Made by a program: the position numbers and the translations under genes. 64,000 nucleotides of DNA from Longimicrobiales bacterium (GTDB taxonomy: Bacteria; Gemmatimonadota; Gemmatimonadetes; Longimicrobiales; Gaopeijiaceae): NCBI GenBank assembly GCA_965203485.1, contig OZ241892.1:1376001-1440000 (forward strand), in the 5' to 3' direction. Below are positions 10,776 to 19,911 of the stretch, one piece after another. How positions within the stretch are numbered: the stretch's first letter is position 1; each line of letters opens with the position of its first letter. A model generated the notes under the pieces. It ran no database searches. It was not told where the DNA came from and saw only the letters and a program-made list of their open reading frames with translations.

Positions 10776-11573
10776 GTGAACGAGGCCCTGGCCTTCCTCG
10801 ACGGCCTTCCGCCTTGGCTCGTCTACGCGGCGCTGGCCGGGGGAGCGGCAGTCGAGAACGTGTTGCCCATGGTGCCGGCCGACACCTTCATCGCCGCGGG
10901 GGGCTTCTTGGCGGGACGCGGAGCGATCGGCGTCGCGGGCGCGTTCCTGGTGGTCTGGGGATTCAACGCCGGGGGTGCGCTGGCCGTCTACGGCCTGGGG
11001 CGCAGGCACGGTCCCGGGTTCTTCCGCACGAAACTGGGCCGCCGGGTCGCCACGGAGGACCAGATGGAGGCGCTGGGTCGCTTTTACGGACGCTGGGGAG
11101 TGGCGGCGATCTTCGCCTCGCGGTTCCTGCCCGGGTTCAGGGCGCTGGCGCCGGTGTTCGCGGGCGCGACCGGCCAGGCCGTGTTGCGAGTGGCGCCGCC
11201 GGTGCTGGTCGCTTCCGCTCTTTGGTACGGCGCACTGTTGCGGTTGGGCTACCTGGCGGGCGAGAACATGGGAGAAGTCGCGGCCGTCCTGGGCCGGACG
11301 AATCGAGGCCTGCTGGCGGCGTCGGCGGTCTTGGCCGTCTGCTTGGCCGCTTGGTGGTGGCGCGCGCGCCGGGCGGCAAGGCGAGGGACGGCCGGTCGCG
11401 GGCCGGCGCGGCCGGAGGAGACGAACGGCGGGCCCAGGGACGGCGCGCGGGGAGAGCCGGGTTCCGTCGCCTGCGCCGCGGAACTCGGCGCTGGGGCGGA
11501 CGCCGGGCGGGGGAAGGGGGCCGCGGAAGCGCCGGACGAGGCCGAGCGGGAGCGCGCAGGGAGCCCTGCGTGA
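10776..11573 (+). CDS. DedA family membrane protein
   Basis: ENVLPMVPAD, YGLGRR.G, FASRFLPGFR motifs. Long Ala/Gly/Arg-rich C-terminal tail. Confidence 0.9.
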   Translation: MNEALAFLDGLPPWLVYAALAGGAAVENVLPMVPADTFIAAGGFLAGRGAIGVAGAFLVVWGFNAGGALAVYGLGRRHGPGFFRTKLGRRVATEDQMEALGRFYGRWGVAAIFASRFLPGFRALAPVFAGATGQAVLRVAPPVLVASALWYGALLRLGYLAGENMGEVAAVLGRTNRGLLAASAVLAVCLAAWWWRARRAARRGTAGRGPARPEETNGGPRDGARGEPGSVACAAELGAGADAGRGKGAAEAPDEAERERAGSPA

Positions 11574-11744
11574 CCCGGCCCGCGAGATGTCGGCGGGCCC
11601 ATGTGGGCGAGGCGCCCGTAAGCGGAGGGTCCGCGCTGGGCGTCCCGGCCTTCGCGGAGGCGCGCGCGCGTTGCATGGCGATGCCGTCGCCTCGGGCGGC
11701 GTCGCGGGCCGCTCGTCGCGCGGGCGTGCGCATGTGTTGCGAAC

Positions 11745-12668
11745 ATGCGTAGGGAGGCCGGGGAGGACGCCTACCAACGCCGGTTCTTCCTGGAACCGTT
11801 CGTGGACTTTCTCGAGCTGGAGAGGGGCCTGCGGGCGGGAACCGTCGCCGCATACAGGAACGACCTGGCACGCTTTCTGCGGTTCGCCCGGGAGACCGCC
11901 GTGGAGGCGCCCCGCCATCTCACCGACCGCGTCCTTCACGCCTATGTGGCGGCGATGGGCGAAGAGGGGATGGCCCCCGCGTCGATCCGCAGGACGCAGT
12001 CGGCGTTGCGCGCGTACTTCGCCTTTCTCTCGGGCGAAGGCGTCCTGGCCGAGAATCCGTCGGACCGCATGGACTCGCCGAAGAATCGGGGTGCGTTGCC
12101 GGAATTCCTTACCCAGGACGAAGCGGCGCGGCTCGTCGGCGCCGTGGACCCGGACTCGCCGGCCCACTGGCGCGACCGGGCCGTGCTGGAGCTGCTCTAT
12201 GCGACGGGGATGCGGGTGAGCGAGCTGGTCGGCCTCAAGGTTTCGATGCTCGACCTCGACCAAGGCGACTGCCTGGTGCTGGGCAAGGGCGGCAAGGAGC
12301 GCTTGGCGCCGGTTGGCCGGATCGCCTGCAACGCGCTGGACCGCTACCTCCGGAGCGTTCGTCCGCGCCTGGACAAGGGACGGAGCGGGGGGGCCGTGTT
12401 CTTGAACCAAAGGGGCGGTCCGCTCACCCGCGCTTCGGTATGGACCATCGTGCGGCGGGCGGCGGCCAGGGCGGGCATCCAGCGCAAGGTGTCGCCGCAC
12501 ACGCTCCGCCATACCTGCGCCACCCATTTGCTGGAAGGTGGCGCCGACTTGGCCGCCGTCCAGGAACTGCTGGGCCACGCGAGCATCGCCACCACCCAGA
12601 TATACACGCACCTCGACCGCGAGCACCTTCGCCGCGCGCACGGCAAGTACCATCCGCGCGGCGGCTGA
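11745..12668 (+). CDS. xerD: Tyrosine recombinase XerD
   Basis: T..AYRNDL, RDRAVLELLYATGMRVSEL, GKGGKER, SPHTLRHTCATHLLEGGADL..VQELLGHASIATTQIYTHL, C-terminal YHPRG typical of XerD. Confidence 0.92.
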   Translation: MRREAGEDAYQRRFFLEPFVDFLELERGLRAGTVAAYRNDLARFLRFARETAVEAPRHLTDRVLHAYVAAMGEEGMAPASIRRTQSALRAYFAFLSGEGVLAENPSDRMDSPKNRGALPEFLTQDEAARLVGAVDPDSPAHWRDRAVLELLYATGMRVSELVGLKVSMLDLDQGDCLVLGKGGKERLAPVGRIACNALDRYLRSVRPRLDKGRSGGAVFLNQRGGPLTRASVWTIVRRAAARAGIQRKVSPHTLRHTCATHLLEGGADLAAVQELLGHASIATTQIYTHLDREHLRRAHGKYHPRGG

Positions 12669-12782
12669 CTTCCGGCCGCGAGCGACTCGACGAAAGCCGC
12701 GGTGCGTCCGGCATGGGCGCCCGCGTCGCGGATCGGCGGCGCATGACGCCGGTCCGTCAGGCCGGTTGCACCGTGTTCCGCG

Positions 12783-13493
12783 TTACGGCGGACTCAACTC
12801 TTCGAGCGGGACGTAGTACTTGGCGTAGCGGCGTCCGTTGCTGTACGGCTGGCCGGCGGGATCGGCAACGAGAACCGTGGCGCGCTTTGTCACGCGGTTG
12901 ACGCGGCCCGTCAGGCGGACGCCGTCGCATTCGAACGCGACGCGCGAGCCCACGACGATTCCCGCGCGCGCGGCGCGGGCGCGGCGAGTCAGGAGTTCGT
13001 GCGTGAAGCGGCGGTGGCCGAAGAGCGCTTTGGCCATCTGCTGAAACGGTCGTCGGTTGCAGTGGCTGTCGTTCGTGGCCGCGTACTCCACGACGTGCAC
13101 GAACTCGTGCTCGACGATGCGTTGCAGCGCTTCGAGGCGACTGGCGCAGGGCAGGCCGGCGACGGTCGCAGGGGGATCGTCGTCGCCGAAGCCGTCGAAG
13201 AGCAGGAAAGCGGACACGGCGACCTCGAAGTCGGGCGCGCCCCGCGCGCGGGCCAGCCGCGCGGCGGTTCCGGCGGTCCGCGTCATCCGCGTCGAGAGCC
13301 GAAAACGGATTTCTCCGGGCGCCACGGCGCGCCGGCACAAGCCTCCCAGGAAGACCCGGTCGCATTCGTCGAAGATGAACGCCACGTCGTCGGCTTGGAG
13401 GCGCTCGACGCCGGCGCTCCCCATGTGCGGAGACTTGGCGAGCGCCGCGTCGCGAATCTGCTTCTGCAGGGAGCGCACGTTGCCGGGCGCCAA
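12783..13493 (-). CDS. SprT-like zinc metalloprotease with a C-terminal SH3/KOW-like domain
   Basis: FRLSTRMTRTAG, HEFVH (HExxH), downstream H...F motif, then a beta-rich GSRVAF...GRVNRVTKRATVLV segment. Start uncertain. Confidence 0.65.
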   Translation of the reverse strand: MAPGNVRSLQKQIRDAALAKSPHMGSAGVERLQADDVAFIFDECDRVFLGGLCRRAVAPGEIRFRLSTRMTRTAGTAARLARARGAPDFEVAVSAFLLFDGFGDDDPPATVAGLPCASRLEALQRIVEHEFVHVVEYAATNDSHCNRRPFQQMAKALFGHRRFTHELLTRRARAARAGIVVGSRVAFECDGVRLTGRVNRVTKRATVLVADPAGQPYSNGRRYAKYYVPLEELSPP

Positions 13494-13569
13494 CCCCGGC
13501 GAGAGGGCGCGGGCCAGCAGCTCGGAGCGGAGCGATGCGGGCGCCTGCGCGGCCGGCCGGTCGCGCGCC

Positions 13570-15402
13570 TCAGCGCTCGGGGCCAGCGGCGCCCCGCCTT
13601 GCTGTGACGGCGAACAGCTCTTCTTGGGTCATGGCCGAGCGCGCAAGCTCCAGGGCCGCGGCGAGCACGTCGTCCCGCTCCGCCTGCACTTCCAGCGCCA
13701 GGTGACGGGCTCCGGCCCGGTTCAGATACCGCACTTGCGCGCGCCAGCGCAGGTAGTCGCGGACGACGGGGTCGTGCACGACCGAGTCCGGAATCCCGGC
13801 CTCGACCAAGCTTGTTGCGACCTCGTCCAGTCGTCCGGCGGGCAGGGGCTCGACGCGATCCGATGCGCGTCGGGCTTGCTTGGCGAGTTCGAAGGCGTGC
13901 TCCTCGATCAGCACGAACAGCGAGGCCCCGGCACGGCCGGCGGCGGCGATCAACTCGCGTTCCTCCGGCTTCAGCAGGGCGTCTTCCACCGCCACGTCCG
14001 GGAACACGCCTCCGCCGGACTGCAACGACCGGCCCGAGGCGGTCGTGCGCGCCTGCGCCTTGGCGTCCTCGGGCGCGAGCGTGCCGTCGCGTTGCCGAAG
14101 GCGGTGCAGCGAGCGGCCCAGCGGCGTGTACCACGAGCCCGTCGTCACGCTGATCTGGCGTCCGGCCGGCAACGGAAACACGGTCTGCACCAAGCCCTTG
14201 CCGAAAGTGCGTTCGCCGACCACCACGGCCCTGTCGTGGTCCTGAAGCGCGCCGGCGATGATCTCCGCCGCCGACGCCGTGTACTCGTCGACGAGCACGA
14301 GCAACGGCTTCTCCGGGTTGCGGGCGGGCGATCTCGCCCTCCATGCGTTGCGATTGACCGCGCCGTTGCCCGCGCGCGCGTCGGCGCTGGCCAGGGTCTG
14401 GCCGGGAGCCAGGAACAGGTCGGCGGACTGCAACGCCTCGTCGAGAAAGCCGCCGGGGTTGCCGCGGAAGTCCAGGACGACCGCGCGCGCGTCCGCGGCG
14501 TCGTCGAGCGCCGCGGCGAGCTCGTCGGCGGCCCCGCGGGCGATCCGGTCCACGAGCAAGTAGACGACGCCGTCCTCGAAGCGCGCCGGCGCGACGGCTG
14601 CCACGTGCACGGTGTCTCGCTCGATTGCCATCGCGATCGCGCCCGAAACGCCGTCGCGCTCGACCTTCAGCTTCACGACCGACCCCGGAGGTCCGCGAAT
14701 GGCGTCGCGCGCCTGGTCGAGGGACCACTCGGTCGCGTCTTCTTCCTCAACTCGCACGATCCTGTCGCCGACGATCATGCCGGCCCGCTCGGCCGGGGTC
14801 TCGCGAAAGACGGCCGTGACCGTCACGCGCTCCCGCAGGTGGGTGATCTGCACGCCGATGCCGGCGTAGTTGCCGGTGTTTCGCTCCTCGAAGCGCCCGT
14901 ACTCGGCCGGAGTGAAGACGTTGGAATAGGGATCGTCCAGCTGGTCGAGAAGCGCATCGATCGCCCGCTCCCAGAGCGTCGAGTCGGCCGGGACCGGATC
15001 GCCCGCCTGGGACGCGGCGAGCAGCGCGTCCACGAACGGGCGCGCTTCCGGACTCTCGAACGGGTCGAGCCGAGCGTCGCCGATCGCGAGCGCCGGCGCG
15101 GAGCCGTTCGAGTCTGCCGCCGGATGGTGGAGGAGCGCGAGCGAAGCGGTGTCCAGTTGCTCCAGGAGCCCTTCGGCGGCGCCGTGCCACAGCGCGGAAT
15201 CGCCGAGCGCCGACGCATGGTGCCGCGAGAGCGCCTGGAGCGCAGCCAGAAAGACGCGCGCTCCGTCGTCGTCGAAGGGACGGCTGGTTGCCTGATCGCG
15301 CGCAACGGGCGGGGCGTCGAGGCGCTGGCCGAGCGCCGTGCCGGGAAAGGCGAGGACGGAGCCTGCGAGGCCGAGAACAAGTGCACGGGCGCTGGGGAAC
15401 AT
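13570..15402 (-). CDS. S41 carboxy-terminal processing protease (CtpA/Prc family)
   Basis: Signal peptide, LDDPYS, PDZ (GIGV..PAERAG..GDRI), LDFRGNPGG, TASAAEI (Ser), RTFGKG (Lys). Confidence 0.93.
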   Translation of the reverse strand: MFPSARALVLGLAGSVLAFPGTALGQRLDAPPVARDQATSRPFDDDGARVFLAALQALSRHHASALGDSALWHGAAEGLLEQLDTASLALLHHPAADSNGSAPALAIGDARLDPFESPEARPFVDALLAASQAGDPVPADSTLWERAIDALLDQLDDPYSNVFTPAEYGRFEERNTGNYAGIGVQITHLRERVTVTAVFRETPAERAGMIVGDRIVRVEEEDATEWSLDQARDAIRGPPGSVVKLKVERDGVSGAIAMAIERDTVHVAAVAPARFEDGVVYLLVDRIARGAADELAAALDDAADARAVVLDFRGNPGGFLDEALQSADLFLAPGQTLASADARAGNGAVNRNAWRARSPARNPEKPLLVLVDEYTASAAEIIAGALQDHDRAVVVGERTFGKGLVQTVFPLPAGRQISVTTGSWYTPLGRSLHRLRQRDGTLAPEDAKAQARTTASGRSLQSGGGVFPDVAVEDALLKPEERELIAAAGRAGASLFVLIEEHAFELAKQARRASDRVEPLPAGRLDEVATSLVEAGIPDSVVHDPVVRDYLRWRAQVRYLNRAGARHLALEVQAERDDVLAAALELARSAMTQEELFAVTARRGAAGPER

Positions 15403-15516
15403 GAGCTTCCTTCAAGTGGGGTCGCGGCGGCCTTAAGATAATCGCATGGTCGGCCGGCCGCGCCGGGCCGCGAAAGAGAGCTGGATTGTGCTCCGGGCCT
15501 TGCAAAGGAGAGGGCG

Positions 15517-17460
15517 ATGAACCACCGCGCGGTGCGCGTGCAGCTGTCGCAGATCAAGCCCGTCAAGGGCGACGTGCAGGCCAACGCGTCGGCAGTCCGC
15601 GAAGCGCTGGCGCCTGATGCCGATTTGGCCGTCTTCCCGGAGACCGTGCTTTCGGGATACTTCGTCGAGGGCGCCGTGCGCGAGGTCGCGATCTCGGCCG
15701 GCGAACTCGTCCGGACGCTCGGCGCTCCGCCGCCCGAATGCCGGTGCGACGTGGCGCTGGGCTTCTACGAGCAGTACCGGCGCGGCGTCTACAACAGCAT
15801 GGCGTACCTGTCGCCGGCGGGCGCCCGCTACGAGGTCGTGCACGTGCACCGCAAGGTGTTCCTGCCCACGTACGGCCTGTTCGAGGAGCGGAGGTTCGTG
15901 TCTCCGGGACACGACTTTCGCGCGTTCGACACGCGTTTCGGGCGCGTGGGCATGCTCGTCTGCGAGGACATGTGGCATTCCTTGCCCGCTTCGGCGCTGG
16001 CGCTGGACGGGGCCGAGGTCGTGTTGTGCGGCGCGGCGTCGCCGGCACGCGGATTCGGGCGAGACTCGGCGCGCCCGGGCAACCTCGAGACGTGGGATCG
16101 AATCGGGGCGCGCACCGCCGAGGAACACGGCCTCTTTGTGCTGGTCGCGCATCTGGTGGGTTCGGAAGGCGGCAAGCTCTTTGCCGGCGGGTCGGCCGCA
16201 TGGGGGCCGGCGGGGGCGTTGCTGGCTCGCGGGCCCTTGTTCGGAGAGGGCGGCGTTCCGGTCTCGGTCGCGTTGGACGACATCGGCAGGGTGAGGGTCC
16301 AGCAGCCGCTCCTTTCGGACTTGAGCGCGGCGCTGCCGCTGTTGCGCCGCTCGCTCGACCGCGCCTGGGCAGCCGAGGCCGATGGAAGCGGACGCGGCGC
16401 CGGAGTCGCTTCTCATGCCGGCGCCGCCGGGGCGGACGGACGTGGGGATGGCGCCGGAATCGTTTCTCCGCCGGGGTCGGCCGACGACGCCGAGCCGGGA
16501 GGCCGCAACGGCCTCTCTCCGCGCGAGGTCGCGCGGGACCGGCGGCGGACTGCCGGGCCTGCGGCCGATGCGGCCGAACCGATCGAGACTGGAGTACGCT
16601 CGGAGGCGGCCGCGACGACGTCCGAGCGTCCGGCCGCGGAGGACTACGACGCGCTGGCGATCAATCCGGGCCTAGTGGAGGCGGCTCTGATCGAGTTCAT
16701 CCGCGAGGAGACTTCGCGACGAGGGTTCTCGCGGGTCGTGGTGGGCGTTTCGGGCGGAATGGACTCGGCCGTGTCGCTGTTCCTGGCCTGCAGCGCGCTG
16801 GGCCCGGGCAACGTCTACGCGTTTTGCCTGCCGTACGCGACGTCCAGCCCGGACGCGCTCGCCCATGCCGGCTTGGCCTTGAAGGCGACCGGAGCCCGCG
16901 CCCGAACGGTCTCCGTCAGCCCCGCGGTGGACGCCTACGTGGACGAGCACGAGCCGTCCGTGTCTCCGGAGCGGCGGGGGAACCTGGCCGCGCGGTTCCG
17001 CTCGGTGGTCCTGTTCGACCAGGCGGCCAAGCTCGGCGCGCTGCCGCTCGGCACGGGCAACAAGAGCGAGCGCCTGCTCGGCTACTACACTTGGCACGCC
17101 GACGACTCGCCGCCGATCAACCCTTTGGGCGACTTGTTCAAGCTCCAAGTCGCCGAACTCGCCGAGCACCTGGGCGTTCCCGCCGAGATCGTCGGCAAGC
17201 CGCCCAGCGCTGACCTGGTCGAGGACGTGCACGACGAAGACGAGCTCGGGATCGCCTACGACCGCGCGGACCCCATCCTTCGCCGCCTGCTCGACGGACA
17301 CTCGCCGGACGCGCTCGTGGCGGCCGGCTTCCGAGGCGATGAAGTGCGGACCGTCTGGACGCGCCTGTCTTCCACGCACTGGAAGCGCGAACTGCCGACC
17401 GTCGCGCTCCTGTCGAACACGGCCATCGGCGAGTCGTATCTCCGTCCGGTCGACTACTAG
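15517..17460 (+). CDS. nadE: Glutamine-dependent NAD+ synthetase (nitrilase domain + long linker + synthetase domain)
   Basis: Nitrilase triad FPE / HRK / VCED. Synthetase motifs GVSGGMDS, GN..AR.R, TGNKSE, KPPSADL. Confidence 0.92.
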   Translation: MNHRAVRVQLSQIKPVKGDVQANASAVREALAPDADLAVFPETVLSGYFVEGAVREVAISAGELVRTLGAPPPECRCDVALGFYEQYRRGVYNSMAYLSPAGARYEVVHVHRKVFLPTYGLFEERRFVSPGHDFRAFDTRFGRVGMLVCEDMWHSLPASALALDGAEVVLCGAASPARGFGRDSARPGNLETWDRIGARTAEEHGLFVLVAHLVGSEGGKLFAGGSAAWGPAGALLARGPLFGEGGVPVSVALDDIGRVRVQQPLLSDLSAALPLLRRSLDRAWAAEADGSGRGAGVASHAGAAGADGRGDGAGIVSPPGSADDAEPGGRNGLSPREVARDRRRTAGPAADAAEPIETGVRSEAAATTSERPAAEDYDALAINPGLVEAALIEFIREETSRRGFSRVVVGVSGGMDSAVSLFLACSALGPGNVYAFCLPYATSSPDALAHAGLALKATGARARTVSVSPAVDAYVDEHEPSVSPERRGNLAARFRSVVLFDQAAKLGALPLGTGNKSERLLGYYTWHADDSPPINPLGDLFKLQVAELAEHLGVPAEIVGKPPSADLVEDVHDEDELGIAYDRADPILRRLLDGHSPDALVAAGFRGDEVRTVWTRLSSTHWKRELPTVALLSNTAIGESYLRPVDY

Positions 17461-17467
17461 CGACCCG

Positions 17468-18154
17468 GTGGCAGAAGACCCTCGCCCTCCGAGATCGCAC
17501 GTCTTCGGCACGGCCGCCTCCCGGGCGAACGGCCCCGGCGGGGCCGCCCGGACACGCCGGCCGGACGGCGGCTTGGCGTCCGCGACGACGGCCGCGCCCG
17601 AACTTCGCATCCATGCGGACGAGTCCTGCTTGGGCAACCAGTTCGCCGGGCGCCGGCGGCCTGGAGGGGCGGGCGCGCTCGTGGAGGCGTGGACCGGCGA
17701 CCACTGGACGCGCCAGGACCTTTGGCTGAGCTCGCCCGACACGACCAACAACCGCATGGCCCTCGCGATCGCCATCCGTTTGCTGGAGACGCTTGGCCGG
17801 CCTAGCCGCGCAGTCTTCGTCTCGGACTCGCAGTACTTGGTCAAGGGAGCGTCGCAGTGGATGCAGGCATGGAAGAGGAAGGGATGGAAACGCAAGGGCG
17901 GCCCGATCGAGAACGTGGAGATGTGGCGCCGGCTCGACGCGGCGCTGGCGAAGCACGAAGTGCGATGGGAATGGGTCAGGGGTCACGCGGGAAATCCCCG
18001 CAACGAGTACGCGGACCACTTGGCCACGCGCGCGGCCCGCGAGCAGTACGCGTCCTCCGGCCTCGTGCCGTCGGCGTTTCCGGACTGGCTGGAGGAGCAG
18101 CGCGGCACGCGGGGGCGGTTCCTGGACTTCTGCGAACGTGCCCCCCCGAACTAG
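17468..18154 (+). CDS. rnhA: Ribonuclease HI (variant active site)
   Basis: ADESCLGN..PGG, TTNNRM, SDSQY, WKRKGWK, N..W..LD, WVRGHAG, NEYADHLA. Start uncertain. Confidence 0.9.
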   Translation: MAEDPRPPRSHVFGTAASRANGPGGAARTRRPDGGLASATTAAPELRIHADESCLGNQFAGRRRPGGAGALVEAWTGDHWTRQDLWLSSPDTTNNRMALAIAIRLLETLGRPSRAVFVSDSQYLVKGASQWMQAWKRKGWKRKGGPIENVEMWRRLDAALAKHEVRWEWVRGHAGNPRNEYADHLATRAAREQYASSGLVPSAFPDWLEEQRGTRGRFLDFCERAPPN

Positions 18155-18327
18155 GCGGCTTGCTGGGCGGCTGGAGCCGGGCCGCGCCGCGTCTCGGCGC
18201 GTGCGCGCTGGCGGTCGCGATCGGCGTAGGGCCACAACGCCGGCGTGGTTGACGAACAGGTTGCTCTTGGCGGTGCGCGGTCCGGTTGCGACTCGACGGG
18301 CAGGGAGGGTACGCGCTGGTCGGCCGG

Positions 18328-19911
18328 CTAGCGTCGGCCGGCGTCCGCGCCCCAGCCGAGCCACTCGGTGAACAGCGACGCGGGCGGCGGGGCGCCGCGC
18401 TCCCGCCACAGCCTGAAGAGAAGAAGGCCGAGCGCGGGAGCGGCGATGCCGGTCGGATCGGACAAGTGGCCGGCGAGCAGGCGCGAGGCATCGCGGCTCG
18501 GCGCGCCCGTCGTCGCCAGGCGCTCTAAGGCGTCGCGCGGACCAATGCGGCCGAGGTGCACGAGCGCGGCGAGGCGGGCCGCCTCCGCCTCCGCGAGCGC
18601 GGCGCCGGCGCCTCCCCCTGTTTCGCCGGACGCGCGCGAGACCGTCGCCATCGCGAGCCAGCGGGCGGCTGGCGCCAAGCCGTCCCATGCGACGATCAAG
18701 CGTACGGCCGCGCGCGGGTCGCGGCGGTCGCCGCCGCCCGTGGCAGCTTCGGCAGGCGAGTCTGCCGCGGAGAAGAGCCACGCTGGCGCGGCGGCCTCGG
18801 CAAGGGCCGCCTCGACAAGCTGGTCCGCGGCGCCGTCCTCCGCGACGTAGATGCGCGCAAGGCCTCCCGACGACCGCGCCGACCCCGGCCGCCAGGCCGC
18901 CACGACCGGTCCCCGGCCCGCGATCCCTGGGCCGAACGACGCCGCGACGGCGGGCGCCGGGTCCGACCCGGGCCACCGGGCCGCGACGGCGCGGCCCAGG
19001 GAGACGTCGGCGTCCGGACGGAGCGGGCTGGCCAGGCGCGCCGCCGCGTCGCCCGTCGCCCGCCCGCCGCCCGCCCGCATCTCCGCGACCGCCGCCTCCA
19101 GGGTCTCGACGAGATGGTAGGCGCCGTCGAATCCGTAGTTGCGCGCGATCTCGGACAGGACTTCCTCGCCAAGGCCGGGCGCGCCGTTGCTGCGCGACGG
19201 CGCATCCTCTTCCAGCCGGTCGAGGAAAGCGCGAAGCGCGGCGGCCGCGGCGTCCAGCGCTTGGGCGAGGGCCCATTTCTGGCGCCCTTCGGGGATTTGG
19301 GCGGTCCGCGCGGCCAGCGCGCCGATCCACCGGTCGAGGATACGGCCCTCGAACAGCGCCTGGCGCGCGAGAAGGCGCGGCGGGTTGACTAGCGCCGCGG
19401 CCGCGGCATCCAGCACGTACGGCGCTTGCCGGGCCCGTTCCGTCAGCGCTCGCCGGCGCTCGGGACCGTCCAGGCCGGGATCGATCTCCACGGCCGCCAG
19501 CGCCTCGGCAACGCCGCGCACGTAGTAGAGCGGCGACCTCGCCCACGCTCGAACGCGGTGGAACTCGGCGACGCGCCGGTCGAGAAAGCGGTGTGGATCG
19601 AGCGCGGCGTCCAGCTCGTCGGGCGCGTTGGGGAACAGCAACGGCCCCGCCGCCGCCGACCGAAGCCGCTGGTATCCCCTCGCCCGCGCCGCCAAGCCTT
19701 CTTCGGCGAAGTCGCTGACGCGTCCGGTCTCGGCCGAGAGTCCCAGGAGAGCGGCGGTCTCCGGCTCGAAGAACGTGGCGAATCCTGCGAAGCGCTCGTA
19801 GGGCCGCGACTCCTGGGCCGCCGCCGGGCCGGCGGCGAAGACGATCGCGACGCCGGCCGGAAGCAGCGGCCGGCGCAACACGCCGGCGCGGCGCACGCGG
19901 CTCGCCTTCAT
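18328..19911 (-). CDS. Secreted DUF885-like protein, degenerate
   Basis: Signal peptide, P..A..LG, D.S, W.R.P..Y, A...L.NPP, GLGEE are reminiscent of DUF885. The C-terminal half is strongly diverged. Confidence 0.55.
   Translation of the reverse strand: MKASRVRRAGVLRRPLLPAGVAIVFAAGPAAAQESRPYERFAGFATFFEPETAALLGLSAETGRVSDFAEEGLAARARGYQRLRSAAAGPLLFPNAPDELDAALDPHRFLDRRVAEFHRVRAWARSPLYYVRGVAEALAAVEIDPGLDGPERRRALTERARQAPYVLDAAAAALVNPPRLLARQALFEGRILDRWIGALAARTAQIPEGRQKWALAQALDAAAAALRAFLDRLEEDAPSRSNGAPGLGEEVLSEIARNYGFDGAYHLVETLEAAVAEMRAGGGRATGDAAARLASPLRPDADVSLGRAVAARWPGSDPAPAVAASFGPGIAGRGPVVAAWRPGSARSSGGLARIYVAEDGAADQLVEAALAEAAAPAWLFSAADSPAEAATGGGDRRDPRAAVRLIVAWDGLAPAARWLAMATVSRASGETGGGAGAALAEAEAARLAALVHLGRIGPRDALERLATTGAPSRDASRLLAGHLSDPTGIAAPALGLLLFRLWRERGAPPPASLFTEWLGWGADAGRR

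Noticed and set aside
8609..12653. Very long ORFs 8609..11752 (+, 1047 aa) and 8979..12653 (-, 1224 aa), and many similar ORFs across the window
   Set aside because: These are shadow frames of real genes (fabF, ispF, dedA, xerD). They are Arg/Gly/Ala/Pro-rich, have no motifs, and are expected at this GC content.
11745..12668. Tyrosine recombinase as a prophage or island integrase
   Set aside because: Its length and motifs match housekeeping XerD, its neighbours are core genes, and no att sites or phage genes were seen.
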